DNA of 40,616 bases from a virus (lineage: Duplodnaviria; Heunggongvirae; Uroviricota; Caudoviricetes), in IMG/VR virus record IMGVR_UViG_3300038393_003162, positions 212,407 through 253,022 of that record. One strand, written 5' to 3'. The position numbers and the translations under genes were made by a program. The notes below the pieces were generated by a model, which saw nothing but the letters and a program-made list of their open reading frames with translations, was not told the origin of the DNA and made no database searches. Every line of letters starts with the position of its first letter. Position 1 is the stretch's first letter. Below, piece by piece: positions 13,214-23,117 of the stretch.

Positions 13214-15328
13214 TCAACCGAGGATGTTGAGGAATTCTTTCACGGAGATGATCGGGACACCGAGTTGCTTGGCTTTATCGCTCTTGGACCCGCTGTTGGG
13301 ACCGGCGACGAGGTACGCTGTGACGTATCCTTGTGAGCTAGGGACCATCCCCTTGCTGACGCTGCCGCTGAGCTTGCCGCCATGGTGAGCGATCATCTGC
13401 TCGATGTCTTTCTTCTTGTAAGGGTCCATATCTCCGGACAAGACGAATGTATAACCTTGGAGTGTGCCGGTCGTCTTGGGCAATTCCGGCTCGACGTAAT
13501 TCAGCAGATCATCGATCATGGCTGAATTTTCGTCAAAGAATGCTCGGATTGAGATGGCGGTAATGGGACCGATATTATCGACCTCAAGCAACTGGTCTTT
13601 GGTGGCTCCCCGAATCTTGGAGAGTTCTCCAAAATGATCGACCAATGCCTTGCCTGTGCTCTTCCCAGCCCCTTTGACGCCGCATGATGCGAAGAAAACC
13701 CAGAGAGGGGTGGACTTCTTGAGCAACATGGCTGCGGAGATCCTTTGTGCGAGCTTGCCGTTGTCTTTCTCTTTGCTAGGGTCGGGGACCATGTGGATAG
13801 CAGCCATGGCAAGCAAGGCTTGCCGTTCCGACAGTCCTGCCTTCTGGATTTGAGGGACATTGAGTCGGTAGAAGTCGGCGGGCGACTTGACCAATTTCTC
13901 TTCGCCCATGGCGAGGGCTTTGAGGGCGGATGTTCCCAAGCCTTTCACGCCGAAAACGCGGAGGTAATGGAGGAGGTTATTGACAAGCTGCTCTGGGCAT
14001 TGTCGGTTGACACAGACCTCGTTATATTTGTCGGGCTTGCTTCCGGGGATGATCTGCGTCCGATGGCGGCAGGTCGGACAAGTCATATCGCTGATATGGT
14101 TATGGAGATTGCTTGTGGTCCGAATCCACTTGGGGATGATCTTCCCCGCCTTGACGATGACTCCTTCAGTGCCGACATCGATGCCATTGGTGTGAACGAA
14201 GCCGAGGTTGTGAAGGGTACATCGGCTCACTTCTGTCTTTTCGAGTTGAACGGGGGTTTCGAAGACGGCAACATAGGTGATCTTACCGGTCCTTCCGGTC
14301 TGCTTGACCATTTTTGCGACGGTGACGGACTTTTCTTCGTCGGGGAGTTTCCAGGCAACTTTGCCGACTGGATTGCCGGTGAGGGAGTTACCGTGGGTTC
14401 CCATCTGTTCTTGGGCTTCCAGATTATCGACCATCAGGACAATGCCATCGATGAGGCAATCCTGGTCGTTTACCGTCTTCTCCATCTCGTACAGGTCGTC
14501 GAGGTCGAGGGGGTTATGGGGGGTGATCTCTACGCATGGGATGCCGAATGTGTCTCGGCAAAACGTGGCACGATTGGTCTCGGTGGTATAGTTGACATCA
14601 CCGAGACCAACGATGGAATGAGCGATGAACCGGATCTTCCTTCTGCCAGTCTCGCTAGGGTCGTTGTCTTGCCGCACGGACCCGGTCGTGTAGTTTCGTT
14701 CGTTCTTGAATTTTTCCTTGATCTTGCCAGACTGAAACAATTCCTCGTTGATCTGCTCGAAATCGCTCTTGGTGACGTAGAGCTCGCCCCTCACGGTACA
14801 CGTGAGAGGCAATGGGAGCGTCTCAGGAACGCCGATGACGTACTCAACATTCTTGGTGCGGTCTTCGGCGTCGTAGCCGTTCTGAGGGCGTAGACCGGCT
14901 CTGACCCGGATGCCCTTGACGTATTCGATGCTGACGCCGACGCCATCGATCTTAAGCGACTTGCAGAACTTAACATCCTTGCCGAGTTCCTTCTGGCATC
15001 GCTTGATCCAGGCGACATAGTCGGCTTCTCGGGAGGGACCGACTTGTTTCTCCAGCGAGGTCATCGGGTATTCGAGGCGGATTGTCGGGGCGTTGGGCTT
15101 GTAGGTCGATCCAGTAACTCGGTCCCAATAGGGATTGTCAGGGAACTGGATCTTGCTTTCCTTGCGGATCAGGTCGTATTGATGGTTAGAGACCTCTTCC
15201 CCTGTGATGGGGTTGATACAAGGTTCGTTGGCTTCGAAGGCAGTATCGAGGGCAGTCAAGACCAAGAAGACTTCTTCTTCATTCGCTGCGAAGTCAAGGA
15301 TGTCACTATTGACGAAATCACTGTCCAT
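13214..15328 (-). CDS. ligA: NAD-dependent DNA ligase
   Basis: K-I-D-G adenylation motif, VRGE, DGIV, GRTG, CPTC..C..C zinc finger, HhH motifs, C-terminal BRCT. Start set at ATG 15328, coupled to the upstream small ORF. Confidence 0.95.
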   Translation of the reverse strand: MDSDFVNSDILDFAANEEEVFLVLTALDTAFEANEPCINPITGEEVSNHQYDLIRKESKIQFPDNPYWDRVTGSTYKPNAPTIRLEYPMTSLEKQVGPSREADYVAWIKRCQKELGKDVKFCKSLKIDGVGVSIEYVKGIRVRAGLRPQNGYDAEDRTKNVEYVIGVPETLPLPLTCTVRGELYVTKSDFEQINEELFQSGKIKEKFKNERNYTTGSVRQDNDPSETGRRKIRFIAHSIVGLGDVNYTTETNRATFCRDTFGIPCVEITPHNPLDLDDLYEMEKTVNDQDCLIDGIVLMVDNLEAQEQMGTHGNSLTGNPVGKVAWKLPDEEKSVTVAKMVKQTGRTGKITYVAVFETPVQLEKTEVSRCTLHNLGFVHTNGIDVGTEGVIVKAGKIIPKWIRTTSNLHNHISDMTCPTCRHRTQIIPGSKPDKYNEVCVNRQCPEQLVNNLLHYLRVFGVKGLGTSALKALAMGEEKLVKSPADFYRLNVPQIQKAGLSERQALLAMAAIHMVPDPSKEKDNGKLAQRISAAMLLKKSTPLWVFFASCGVKGAGKSTGKALVDHFGELSKIRGATKDQLLEVDNIGPITAISIRAFFDENSAMIDDLLNYVEPELPKTTGTLQGYTFVLSGDMDPYKKKDIEQMIAHHGGKLSGSVSKGMVPSSQGYVTAYLVAGPNSGSKSDKAKQLGVPIISVKEFLNILG

Positions 15329-15476
15329 ATGTTTCACCAATTGGTCCAAAGTTTTTGGCGAGATTCCAAAGAGAGGTGGTCATGTCTCTGCTGTGCTTGG
15401 CGAGATGTATCTTGCCGGTTTCATCGACGAGATACCACCAAGACGTCCCGCCGCCTAAGAGTTGAGCCCAGCGCAT
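15318..15476 (-). CDS. hypothetical protein (52 aa, MRWAQLLGGG...)
   Basis: Read manually; fills the gap and its TGA overlaps the ligase start region. Confidence 0.45.
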   Translation of the reverse strand: MRWAQLLGGGTSWWYLVDETGKIHLAKHSRDMTTSLWNLAKNFGPIGETYGQ

Positions 15477-15489
15477 TTCTCATCCCTGA

Positions 15490-16191
15490 TTAGAACATGT
15501 GATGTTCTTTGCCGTTTTCACGCGCAGCTTGCTGTGCTTCCCAGATCGGTTTCACCCGTTCAAAGAGTTGGGGGAGAGTATAAGGATGGTAATTGTTAGT
15601 GTCAACTCCAATATCGACAGCCGCCCAAAGCTCCGGATGCGCCATGGGATGGGGATGTGAAGGCTTGGTGTAGAGGGCGTGGACGTGTCCGTAGCACAGG
15701 ATCGTACCACGATGACTCCCTTCCCAAGTGACCATAGGGAAATGGTTGAAGAAAACTTTCTGTTTGCCGATGTAAATGAGTGCTTGTTGGTAGCAATGGG
15801 AGAAGAGATCGTGGATGGCGTCGGGATTATCGTGGTTTCCGAAGACAATCCTTACATCTTTACAGTTGATACGATTTCGGGCATATTGGGCGTGGGCGTA
15901 GTATTGCTTAGGGCTGTTGCCGAAGACAAAGTCGCCGTTGATGAGGACGGTATCCTTTTCCGGGTCTTCAACTTCGGCGTTAATCCTATCGAGAATGAAT
16001 TCATTCATGGTCTCGATGGATTCCTTGCCCATCGGCTTCCCACGATTGCCGGTCGCCTTGTATTCTTCGTATGTTGCCAAGTCCTCTATTGTCATGAATT
16101 GGACGCGATCACAATACTTCATTATGTTCCCGTGGAACAAATGGGGATCGCTCAGGAGAATTGCCTTACCATTGATTCGATGCCGGTCCAT
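15490..16191 (-). CDS. calcineurin-like metallophosphoesterase
   Basis: SDPH, NGD, GNHD, GHVH motifs. Confidence 0.9.
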   Translation of the reverse strand: MDRHRINGKAILLSDPHLFHGNIMKYCDRVQFMTIEDLATYEEYKATGNRGKPMGKESIETMNEFILDRINAEVEDPEKDTVLINGDFVFGNSPKQYYAHAQYARNRINCKDVRIVFGNHDNPDAIHDLFSHCYQQALIYIGKQKVFFNHFPMVTWEGSHRGTILCYGHVHALYTKPSHPHPMAHPELWAAVDIGVDTNNYHPYTLPQLFERVKPIWEAQQAARENGKEHHMF

Positions 16192-16227
16192 TCATCTGTC
16201 CTTACTTGGTTGTTTAATTTCGTCCAT

Positions 16228-16256
16228 ATCATACCGGAGGGGGGTTGGTTTGTAAA
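16228..16256 (-). promoter_or_regulatory. sigma70-type promoter
   Basis: TTTACA-N17-TATGAT. Confidence 0.5.
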
Positions 16257-16276
16257 CTAAATTTCACCTTGTCGTT

Positions 16277-16873
16277 TCAGAGGGGAGCCTTGAGGAGTTC
16301 TTTGACGAAGGCAGCATCCTTGAGACCGAAAGTATTATGCCAACCTTCCTTGACGTAGGTCGAAGTGTGACTACTGGGGGCGGGCTGCTTGCCGGTATAC
16401 CGCGTAAAGCCAAAGAGGAATCGTTCGATCGCCGGTTGGGTATCCCTGGAATAGGGATAGCTTCTGATCGCCTTGCGGATATTTCGTTCCTCTGGCGATT
16501 GTGAGGCGTAGTTATGGGCGACGCGCAGGAACATTGTAAAGGCATTCTTCCTCATCTCGCATTCTTTCCAGAAGGACGACGGTTCGACGAAGAAGAATGG
16601 TCGGGCGGGATTGGTCTTGTGAAAGATGGTATCTCCGGATCGAACCGACCGTTCGATCCAAGTCATGCATTCGATGATGCCTTCCAGGAGATCGGGACTG
16701 AAGGAGTACCATATCCCCCGATCGTTTTTTTTGAACTGCAACTGCATCACTTCGCGGCAGGATTGCCACCCAAAATAAGTGATGTTGGTAACGTATGCGG
16801 CGAATTGATCATCGTTAGGAGTATGAGATAGTGCTGCCGGAATCGACATGGGTTCGTTTGCGATAATAGCCAT
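16277..16873 (-). CDS. hypothetical protein (198 aa)
   Basis: AAGGA SD; co-oriented long ORF. Confidence 0.75.
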   Translation of the reverse strand: MAIIANEPMSIPAALSHTPNDDQFAAYVTNITYFGWQSCREVMQLQFKKNDRGIWYSFSPDLLEGIIECMTWIERSVRSGDTIFHKTNPARPFFFVEPSSFWKECEMRKNAFTMFLRVAHNYASQSPEERNIRKAIRSYPYSRDTQPAIERFLFGFTRYTGKQPAPSSHTSTYVKEGWHNTFGLKDAAFVKELLKAPL

Positions 16874-16891
16874 TTTACAGCTTCCTTGTCA

Positions 16892-18022
16892 CTATCTTCG
16901 AACAATATTGCCCACTGGAAACTCATCGAAAAACTTAGCTTCGCACCCTTGCCACAATGGCTCGCGGTTTTGCGTCACGATGAATTTCTGCTCGGCTCCG
17001 AATCGGCAGATATAGGTTGACTTGGTCTTGTTGCTGTTATTGCTATTGTTTCCCGTCTCCTTGTTCCATTGTCCGGCATAGCCTGACTTATTGTAGCTTC
17101 CCCAATTGTAGTTCGAAGATTGGGTCCTGCCTTTGGTCAATTCCTCGACGGAAATAACGCCGCTCGTCTGGTTCGTCTTTTGTTTCTTGAAGATCGTTTT
17201 GACATCCTTGGTCATATCGGAATCACGGAAGGTCACAACTTGGACCCGTTCCGAGGTTGGATCGACCCTTTGTCTGGTGTTGAAAACGACGTTGAGGCTG
17301 CAGGATATCTTCTCTTGGCATGAGACATATCCGACGAAACGGACCTTGCCATTGGGGAACATGCCGTCCTTGAGGGACTGCATGATTTTGGCGGCTGGCA
17401 ACTTACATCGGAGCCAGAAATGGTATTCCAGGCAGAGCCGATTGTGGCTGGTTCTCGGATAGGTAAAAAAGGCATCATTGACCTTCCGAACCGATTCCGA
17501 GGGGTTGTAGTTCTCAGGCTGGATGTAACTATGTGCAATTAGCTCAATTCTCGGATCGGGGGTGGTGTCGACCTCCCAATAGAGGGGCAAACCCCAAACC
17601 GGACATGAGACCACAGCTTCGATGATCTGGTAAGGATGGACCTTGACGTAATGATCATTCGGATTGACGACAGTGATAATATTTTTCTTATAGGGATTAG
17701 TCGCCTCCAGGTAAACGCACAACCTTGACTCATGGTTGTTGCCCTTGAAGATGATTTCCCCGAGGTAGGCGGTAGAAACCTTCCCCCAACTCTCCAAGTC
17801 ATCTCGCTGAGAAAACGTATATATCCGACCATTCTTTCCGGGGAGGATTTTTTCAAGGATCAAGTGGTCGCTGTGAACATTGACATCGACCTCATTGAAC
17901 ATAGGTGTGTCGGAGAGAAAGACCTCGAACTTCTGTTCGGGGTGAAGCGAGACGATGTAACATTCGGAGATAGGGTCCTTGACCCGAACGGGATCATACC
18001 TTCGCTTCCGCTGACGGGTCAT
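16892..18022 (-). CDS. hypothetical protein (~376 aa)
   Basis: Long ORF with no recognised motif; start uncertain (18022 or 18067). Confidence 0.75.
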   Translation of the reverse strand: MTRQRKRRYDPVRVKDPISECYIVSLHPEQKFEVFLSDTPMFNEVDVNVHSDHLILEKILPGKNGRIYTFSQRDDLESWGKVSTAYLGEIIFKGNNHESRLCVYLEATNPYKKNIITVVNPNDHYVKVHPYQIIEAVVSCPVWGLPLYWEVDTTPDPRIELIAHSYIQPENYNPSESVRKVNDAFFTYPRTSHNRLCLEYHFWLRCKLPAAKIMQSLKDGMFPNGKVRFVGYVSCQEKISCSLNVVFNTRQRVDPTSERVQVVTFRDSDMTKDVKTIFKKQKTNQTSGVISVEELTKGRTQSSNYNWGSYNKSGYAGQWNKETGNNSNNSNKTKSTYICRFGAEQKFIVTQNREPLWQGCEAKFFDEFPVGNIVRR

Positions 18023-18071
18023 GGTACAGGACTCCGTTTGAAAGGGCTGGGCTATGAAGAGCGACACGGGA

Positions 18072-18680
18072 TTAAACTCCGTTTACAAGATTCGCCAGCC
18101 ACGTGAGATTGTTCTGGGTATGCGTGTGAATCTGGGCTCCGTAAATATCGAAGACCCCTCGGAAATTGGTCATCAACGTATTGACGGCAGAGTTGTAGTG
18201 GCAATGCCTTTCGGAGATACTGAGGTCCGAATCGATGCTGCCTTCGATCTGCGAGAAGAAGACCGAGGACGCCGACTTGGCAAGGAAATCGTCATAGCAA
18301 TACAAGAAGATTTCCCAGCCCAACAAGGTAGATTCCTTGCGATCGGTCACGGTCTGTATCTTGCCATGTGCCGTAGCGAAGTCCAGGAAGAACTTCTCCA
18401 GTTCTTCGTACTGAAGGGTTAGGTCGGGAGGATATCCTCGTGCGTGATCAAACAGGTTCCCGTCGATACATCCATTGTGCCGAGGATGTCGTACATTGAC
18501 TTCGTAATGACCGGGATGATGGGGATTGTCTCGCCATCGGAGCGAGACAATAGCCCAACGGTCTTGGAGATCGGATGACTCAGGATCGATCTTGAAGATG
18601 ACCGATCCTGAACGTAAGGTGTGGTGAACTTGGGGCAGAGCGATTCGATGCCGTTTCAAATACTCTTCCTGCAGGATCAT
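18072..18680 (-). CDS. hypothetical protein (~202 aa)
   Basis: Long ORF; start set at the first ATG clear of the upstream gene. Confidence 0.7.
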   Translation of the reverse strand: MILQEEYLKRHRIALPQVHHTLRSGSVIFKIDPESSDLQDRWAIVSLRWRDNPHHPGHYEVNVRHPRHNGCIDGNLFDHARGYPPDLTLQYEELEKFFLDFATAHGKIQTVTDRKESTLLGWEIFLYCYDDFLAKSASSVFFSQIEGSIDSDLSISERHCHYNSAVNTLMTNFRGVFDIYGAQIHTHTQNNLTWLANLVNGV

Positions 18681-18691
18681 AGTTCGCCCCG

Positions 18692-18904
18692 TTATTCCTG
18701 AATGAACTTCCTTGTTTGTAACAAATCCGCACGTAACCAACGCCTATTGGTCTCATCCCATGTCACGGGCATTGTCTCAGGAAAACTATCAAAGAGGTCG
18801 AACAATTCTCCAACCGTCTTCGCCTTCATCAATGACCTGTGCCGTACAAGAGGATGCAAGTGAGAATATCGTTCGATCAACTTCTCAACTACTACTTGGT
18901 CCAT
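18692..18904 (-). CDS. hypothetical protein (70 aa)
   Basis: Operon-like spacing. Confidence 0.6.
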   Translation of the reverse strand: MDQVVVEKLIERYSHLHPLVRHRSLMKAKTVGELFDLFDSFPETMPVTWDETNRRWLRADLLQTRKFIQE

Positions 18905-18998
18905 ATCTTACCTTAACTTATCAAATTTCACAACGCCAAATCTCAAAACGAAAGAGCAGGAAAATCGGCAACTCCGCTCAATTTTCTTGCTCTTTAAT

Positions 18999-19505
18999 TT
19001 AGGCAAACTCAATCTGTTGGCAGTACATGCCAATAAGTTGAGAAATCCTGGATTCCGCGAGTCCCATAGCCCCGGCAATTTCCTTCATCTTGCGTCCCTC
19101 GACGAAGTATTGCCAGAGCAAACTCCGTCCTTGTTGAGACAGAGCTTCCGTCATTTCGTCGAATACCACCTGTAGGTCTGTCGTATTTTTCGACTCTAAA
19201 TTCAGATTCAAATCCAACGACTTGAAGCCACTGCATCCTCGGGAAATCGATCCCTTGGAGCCGAATCCGAGGCTTCGCAAATAATCCTTGATTGCACCTA
19301 CGATCCTTATGAGGATACAGGAAAAATACTTTTCATGATTGGGATCATAACGGTCCACGGCTTCGACCAGCCCCAAATAGGCGGCTGCCCTTAGCTCATC
19401 GATATCTACCGAGTAGAGATGTTTCTTCTTGTTGGCAGCTATCTTCGAGGCAAGCGGCATGTACTGCAAAATCAATGTGTTTCGCTGTTCTAAACTTAAG
19501 TTCAT
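18999..19505 (-). CDS. compact sigma-70 family factor, FliA/WhiG-like
   Basis: Region 2 (YMPLASKIA...DEL.AAAYLGLVEAVDRYDP...I.GAIKDYLR) and region 4 HTH (MKEIAGAMGLAESRISQL). Confidence 0.85.
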   Translation of the reverse strand: MNLSLEQRNTLILQYMPLASKIAANKKKHLYSVDIDELRAAAYLGLVEAVDRYDPNHEKYFSCILIRIVGAIKDYLRSLGFGSKGSISRGCSGFKSLDLNLNLESKNTTDLQVVFDEMTEALSQQGRSLLWQYFVEGRKMKEIAGAMGLAESRISQLIGMYCQQIEFA

Positions 19506-19592
19506 TAGTTACCTTTTTAGTATTAAATGTTGACATAGTTTTATCTTTGTTATAAGAGTATATATGCCGCCGAAGCGATAGAAAACATCCCT

Positions 19593-20582
19593 TCAGGCGG
19601 CATTATTTGCGGGGATTTCAGTGTATTTCTCGATCGGTTCAACCATCTTATTCAACGCCTCGACCGCCTCATGGAAGATGCCAGGCTCGTTGGAATATTT
19701 GAGGATTCGTTTCAGGAACCAGACCTTGGTCCGGTGAAGTTCGGGACTCAAAAGATGGAATTCGTCCGCACCTTCCAGCCCCAGGATCACCAGCGCATTG
19801 CCGACATTGACCGGCTGAAGGTCGTCTATACTTTTTCCGTTACATTCCTCGACAAAATGGACATACATCCTGGTCCAGTTTTCGATATCCTCACGATCCA
19901 GCGTCCCCTCAGGGAGTCGGAGTTCTGCCGTCTTTCTCCCGTAATCCGGGTTGCGCAATCCGGTCGCATAGCCGACCAAGTTGACCGCAACCCGCTTTTC
20001 CAAGTTATGGTGTATCTCTAGGTTCTTGGGTTCCATGAAGTTGTACAACTCTTCGCCGGTCCACTTCCGATCCATGCCGAGAGCATGCTTCTTCCGCATC
20101 ATCCGAGCAAATTGGTTGTTGCGACGATGTGCCGGAAGGGCTTGGGCAATAATTTCCTCAATCTTGCACCAACGCGCCAACATGACGCCAACCTGAGATC
20201 GATTCCAGTCCGAAATATCCGCATGGACGTGGACCCCGCACTTGTGGTTGACCTCGCATTTCGCTTTCTGAAGTGCCTCGGCTACCTTGCCGATGATCTC
20301 AATGTCAGCAAGCCCCGATCCCTTGAACGACGCCACCTCGTGCCCGTAATTGCCGGGGATGGTGGCACAGGTCGCATCGGTCTTGACGCTCCAGCAATTT
20401 GAAGGAATGCCATGGACAATTCCCGTCATAGTCCATCCGCCGCTGACCAGGACGTCATGGGTGTCATCCACATTCTCGATGACTTGTCCCATGGTCGTTC
20501 GATCGACCTTCTCACTTACTTCCATCTCGACCCCGAAAGGTCGAGTAGTCACAAAAGCTTTATACTTAATGTTCGGAACCAT
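19593..20582 (-). CDS. putative amidoligase (glutamate-cysteine ligase-like COOH-NH2 ligase)
   Basis: FGVEMEV, W..K.D.T, HEVAS, VNxxCGVHVH, TAELR motifs; GGAG SD before ATG 20582. Confidence 0.8.
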   Translation of the reverse strand: MVPNIKYKAFVTTRPFGVEMEVSEKVDRTTMGQVIENVDDTHDVLVSGGWTMTGIVHGIPSNCWSVKTDATCATIPGNYGHEVASFKGSGLADIEIIGKVAEALQKAKCEVNHKCGVHVHADISDWNRSQVGVMLARWCKIEEIIAQALPAHRRNNQFARMMRKKHALGMDRKWTGEELYNFMEPKNLEIHHNLEKRVAVNLVGYATGLRNPDYGRKTAELRLPEGTLDREDIENWTRMYVHFVEECNGKSIDDLQPVNVGNALVILGLEGADEFHLLSPELHRTKVWFLKRILKYSNEPGIFHEAVEALNKMVEPIEKYTEIPANNAA

Positions 20583-20621
20583 AACCACTCCACCTTCCTT
20601 GGCAGGCATGTACACCATACT

Positions 20622-20650
20622 ATGATACCAACAGAGGTCAAATTATACAA
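20622..20650 (-). promoter_or_regulatory. sigma70-type promoter (extended -10)
   Basis: TTGTAT-N17-TATCAT. Confidence 0.45.
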
Positions 20651-20852
20651 GGTCATCTCTAGGTGGCGTGTGGTACGAAAGGGCTTGGGGCAGGTCGAGC
20701 AACCCGCTCTCCCGTTCCGGGACAGACTCACTCGGAGTCTGCCTGTGGACCTCTTTCAAGTCCACGGCAATCTTGACGACAGGAATCAGGATGAGGAAAT
20801 TTAGTATCGAAAAAATCAGAGTCAGAACCGAAATTACAGCAATGGTAATCAT
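20643..20852 (-). CDS. small single-pass membrane protein (69 aa)
   Basis: N-terminal hydrophobic helix. Confidence 0.65.
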   Translation of the reverse strand: MITIAVISVLTLIFSILNFLILIPVVKIAVDLKEVHRQTPSESVPERESGLLDLPQALSYHTPPRDDLV

Positions 20853-20855
20853 GTA

Positions 20856-23081
20856 TTAATCTTCAGCAAAAATTGGGTTATAGGGAATCCTAGTCGTTGT
20901 CGTAAATCCGTCTTCCACATAAAGTGTAATTTCCAAATTCGGGTCTTGTCTCCATTGAGGAGAATTGAATAGCCCGATCGAGTCGTAAATCAATATACTG
21001 CTGGTGCCGTTGTCTGGGCTTGTTTTCACGGTCTTGGTCTGCGTGTTTACCTGGACCGAGAAGTTGATGTCTCCTGCCTGACAAGGACCTTCTTTGGGAA
21101 AGATCAAGCGAACTCGCGAATCAAAATCATCGCCTGTTGTCTGATTCTGGACGTTAATGTAGCTGCTAAAACTCCAAACCGGAGAATCAATGTTGCTGCT
21201 CCCCGAGGTCGCCGAACACTGCCAGTTGAAAACCATATTCCAGGATTCGAGAGAATCGCCGTCAGCCGAATTCCCTTGAAAATGAATGTTGGCTTGCCAC
21301 GCTTTGTAGATTGCATTATAACTCAAACCGATATCTTTGGGAATCTCAAGTTGATTGCGATTCAAGAATTCGCCAAGATTGCCGGTCTGATCGAGATTGT
21401 GCCTCATGAATATCGTTAATGGGAGATCAAAGCAATCGCACAAGGTCTTGATCGTGTTGGTCGGAACTTCAATGGTTGGGACATTGGGGTCAACCGCTTC
21501 ATCAATATCCTTGTACTGGTTCAAATTGACCTGGACGTATGTGATTGCAGCGGTGGCTCCCGCCTCAACGGTTGCATCCGGCAACGAGGTATCCGCGAGC
21601 ATCGAGACGCCGCCTTCGCCGAACTCCGCATCGGCGAAACCGCCGAGGACAACGCCTTCAAACTGATTATTGGTCCATTCCCATGACCCCAAGGCGATGT
21701 CTCCGGTCCCGCCCACAACCATGCCACCCTCGCCAGTATATCCATAGCGGTTCAGCAAGGGAGTCCCCGTTATTTCTATCCCGCCCAGCCCTTCCCAGAC
21801 CCAAACCGGGAAACTCTGCTCCGCTGCTGCCGAGCCGCCAAGCTGTACACCGGCAAACGTCGGGCCGCTCGTTCCCAATCCGGTCGATTCGAACACAAAC
21901 AACCTGAATCCTTGAGCCATGCCACCAATTGCGATACCACCAGTTGGCTCATATATGTAATTATTTGCCTCAATCACGGCGGTCGATCCCAGGATAATTC
22001 CACCAGCGGCAAAGAAGCTCCAACTCTGAGAGATTACTTCAGCCATTCCAGATATTTCTATTCCTCCTAGGGCTGTAACGCCGAAGGACGAGGAAGATAT
22101 CTCTGCTTCGCCGCCAAGAATAACGCCGCCAAATCCGGTCGTGCCATCGGCAAAGATCACGGAGGCAATTGCCGCGCCACCAATCGCGATGCCGCCTTCT
22201 GCAGCGTGAGACTGCGCCGTATCAAAAACGATGCCGATGTCCACCTTCACGTCGTAATCCACGCAGAATTCCAGGCATGCCGGGATATGACAGAATTCTT
22301 GGAAGACAAGGTGATTGCAAGACTGATCTACGCCCTCTGCCGAGAGGATGTCTTGATCGGTCTTGTTGACCGCCTTGCTGAATTTCGAGATTGAACAGAC
22401 CTTGGATTCGAAACCACGCGCTGTCAATTGCTCGCAGACGCTTTCGACATCCGGTGCCATGATGATCGTGGTGTATTGCATCTGTTGACATTGCCCACCA
22501 TCGTCAACAATGAATCGGTCGCAAGTCGTGGGCGCACAGCATGACGTGACTTCGAACCAATAAGGAATTGCATCGCCGAATTCCCATTCGAATTGCTGTA
22601 CGACGTCTCGCTCCGCTACTACGTCCCACTCGAACCATTGCCCGAAGGTGACGCTGGCTGAAGCTGGTGTGTTTCCGATGCCGCCGATGGAGACCGTTCC
22701 ACTGCCCGTGTATGCATAAGTCGCCTGAACGTACGCGATGCCAGCGGTCGTCGCCCCACCTCGCCCCGCGTAGATTGGGACAATGGTGCTGGACACCCCA
22801 GCTATTCCCATGACCGTAATGCCGCCGCTCGCGACATGCGTGAATTGTTCGTCAAGTAATCCGGTCGCAAGTGCCGCAACGGGACCGGCTGAAACCATTG
22901 CTTCCTGTGCAATAGCGGAACCCCCGGTGGGATCACCACCGGAGGTCGAGGGCATGTAACTTTCTATAACCTTATGCCGAGGCTTGCCGATGGTGATGCC
23001 GTTGCCGGTGACAGCTTCATAAGTAAACACCGCCCGTGGGCTGCCTTGATCACCGGTATTGGGGACGTTTGCTGAGCCCAT
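20856..23081 (-). CDS. probable virion structural protein with GG(I/V)x(I/L)GG repeats (741 aa)
   Basis: More than ten Gly-rich repeats; acidic Gly/Ala/Ser/Thr-rich composition; Cys clusters. Confidence 0.6.
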   Translation of the reverse strand: MGSANVPNTGDQGSPRAVFTYEAVTGNGITIGKPRHKVIESYMPSTSGGDPTGGSAIAQEAMVSAGPVAALATGLLDEQFTHVASGGITVMGIAGVSSTIVPIYAGRGGATTAGIAYVQATYAYTGSGTVSIGGIGNTPASASVTFGQWFEWDVVAERDVVQQFEWEFGDAIPYWFEVTSCCAPTTCDRFIVDDGGQCQQMQYTTIIMAPDVESVCEQLTARGFESKVCSISKFSKAVNKTDQDILSAEGVDQSCNHLVFQEFCHIPACLEFCVDYDVKVDIGIVFDTAQSHAAEGGIAIGGAAIASVIFADGTTGFGGVILGGEAEISSSSFGVTALGGIEISGMAEVISQSWSFFAAGGIILGSTAVIEANNYIYEPTGGIAIGGMAQGFRLFVFESTGLGTSGPTFAGVQLGGSAAAEQSFPVWVWEGLGGIEITGTPLLNRYGYTGEGGMVVGGTGDIALGSWEWTNNQFEGVVLGGFADAEFGEGGVSMLADTSLPDATVEAGATAAITYVQVNLNQYKDIDEAVDPNVPTIEVPTNTIKTLCDCFDLPLTIFMRHNLDQTGNLGEFLNRNQLEIPKDIGLSYNAIYKAWQANIHFQGNSADGDSLESWNMVFNWQCSATSGSSNIDSPVWSFSSYINVQNQTTGDDFDSRVRLIFPKEGPCQAGDINFSVQVNTQTKTVKTSPDNGTSSILIYDSIGLFNSPQWRQDPNLEITLYVEDGFTTTTRIPYNPIFAED

Positions 23082-23117
23082 TTATGTCTTCCCGTTCTTA
23101 CTTGAGGATCAAATCAT

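Noticed and set aside
13745-14893. Long + strand ORFs opposite ligA, dnaJ, phoH, the decarboxylase and others
   Set aside because: Shadow frames of well-supported minus-strand genes.
19530-19610. Possible + strand promoter (TTGACA...TATAAG) and hairpin giving a tiny antisense RNA
   Set aside because: The spacer is only 15 nt, and the hairpin is equally explained as the 3' end structure of the amidoligase mRNA.
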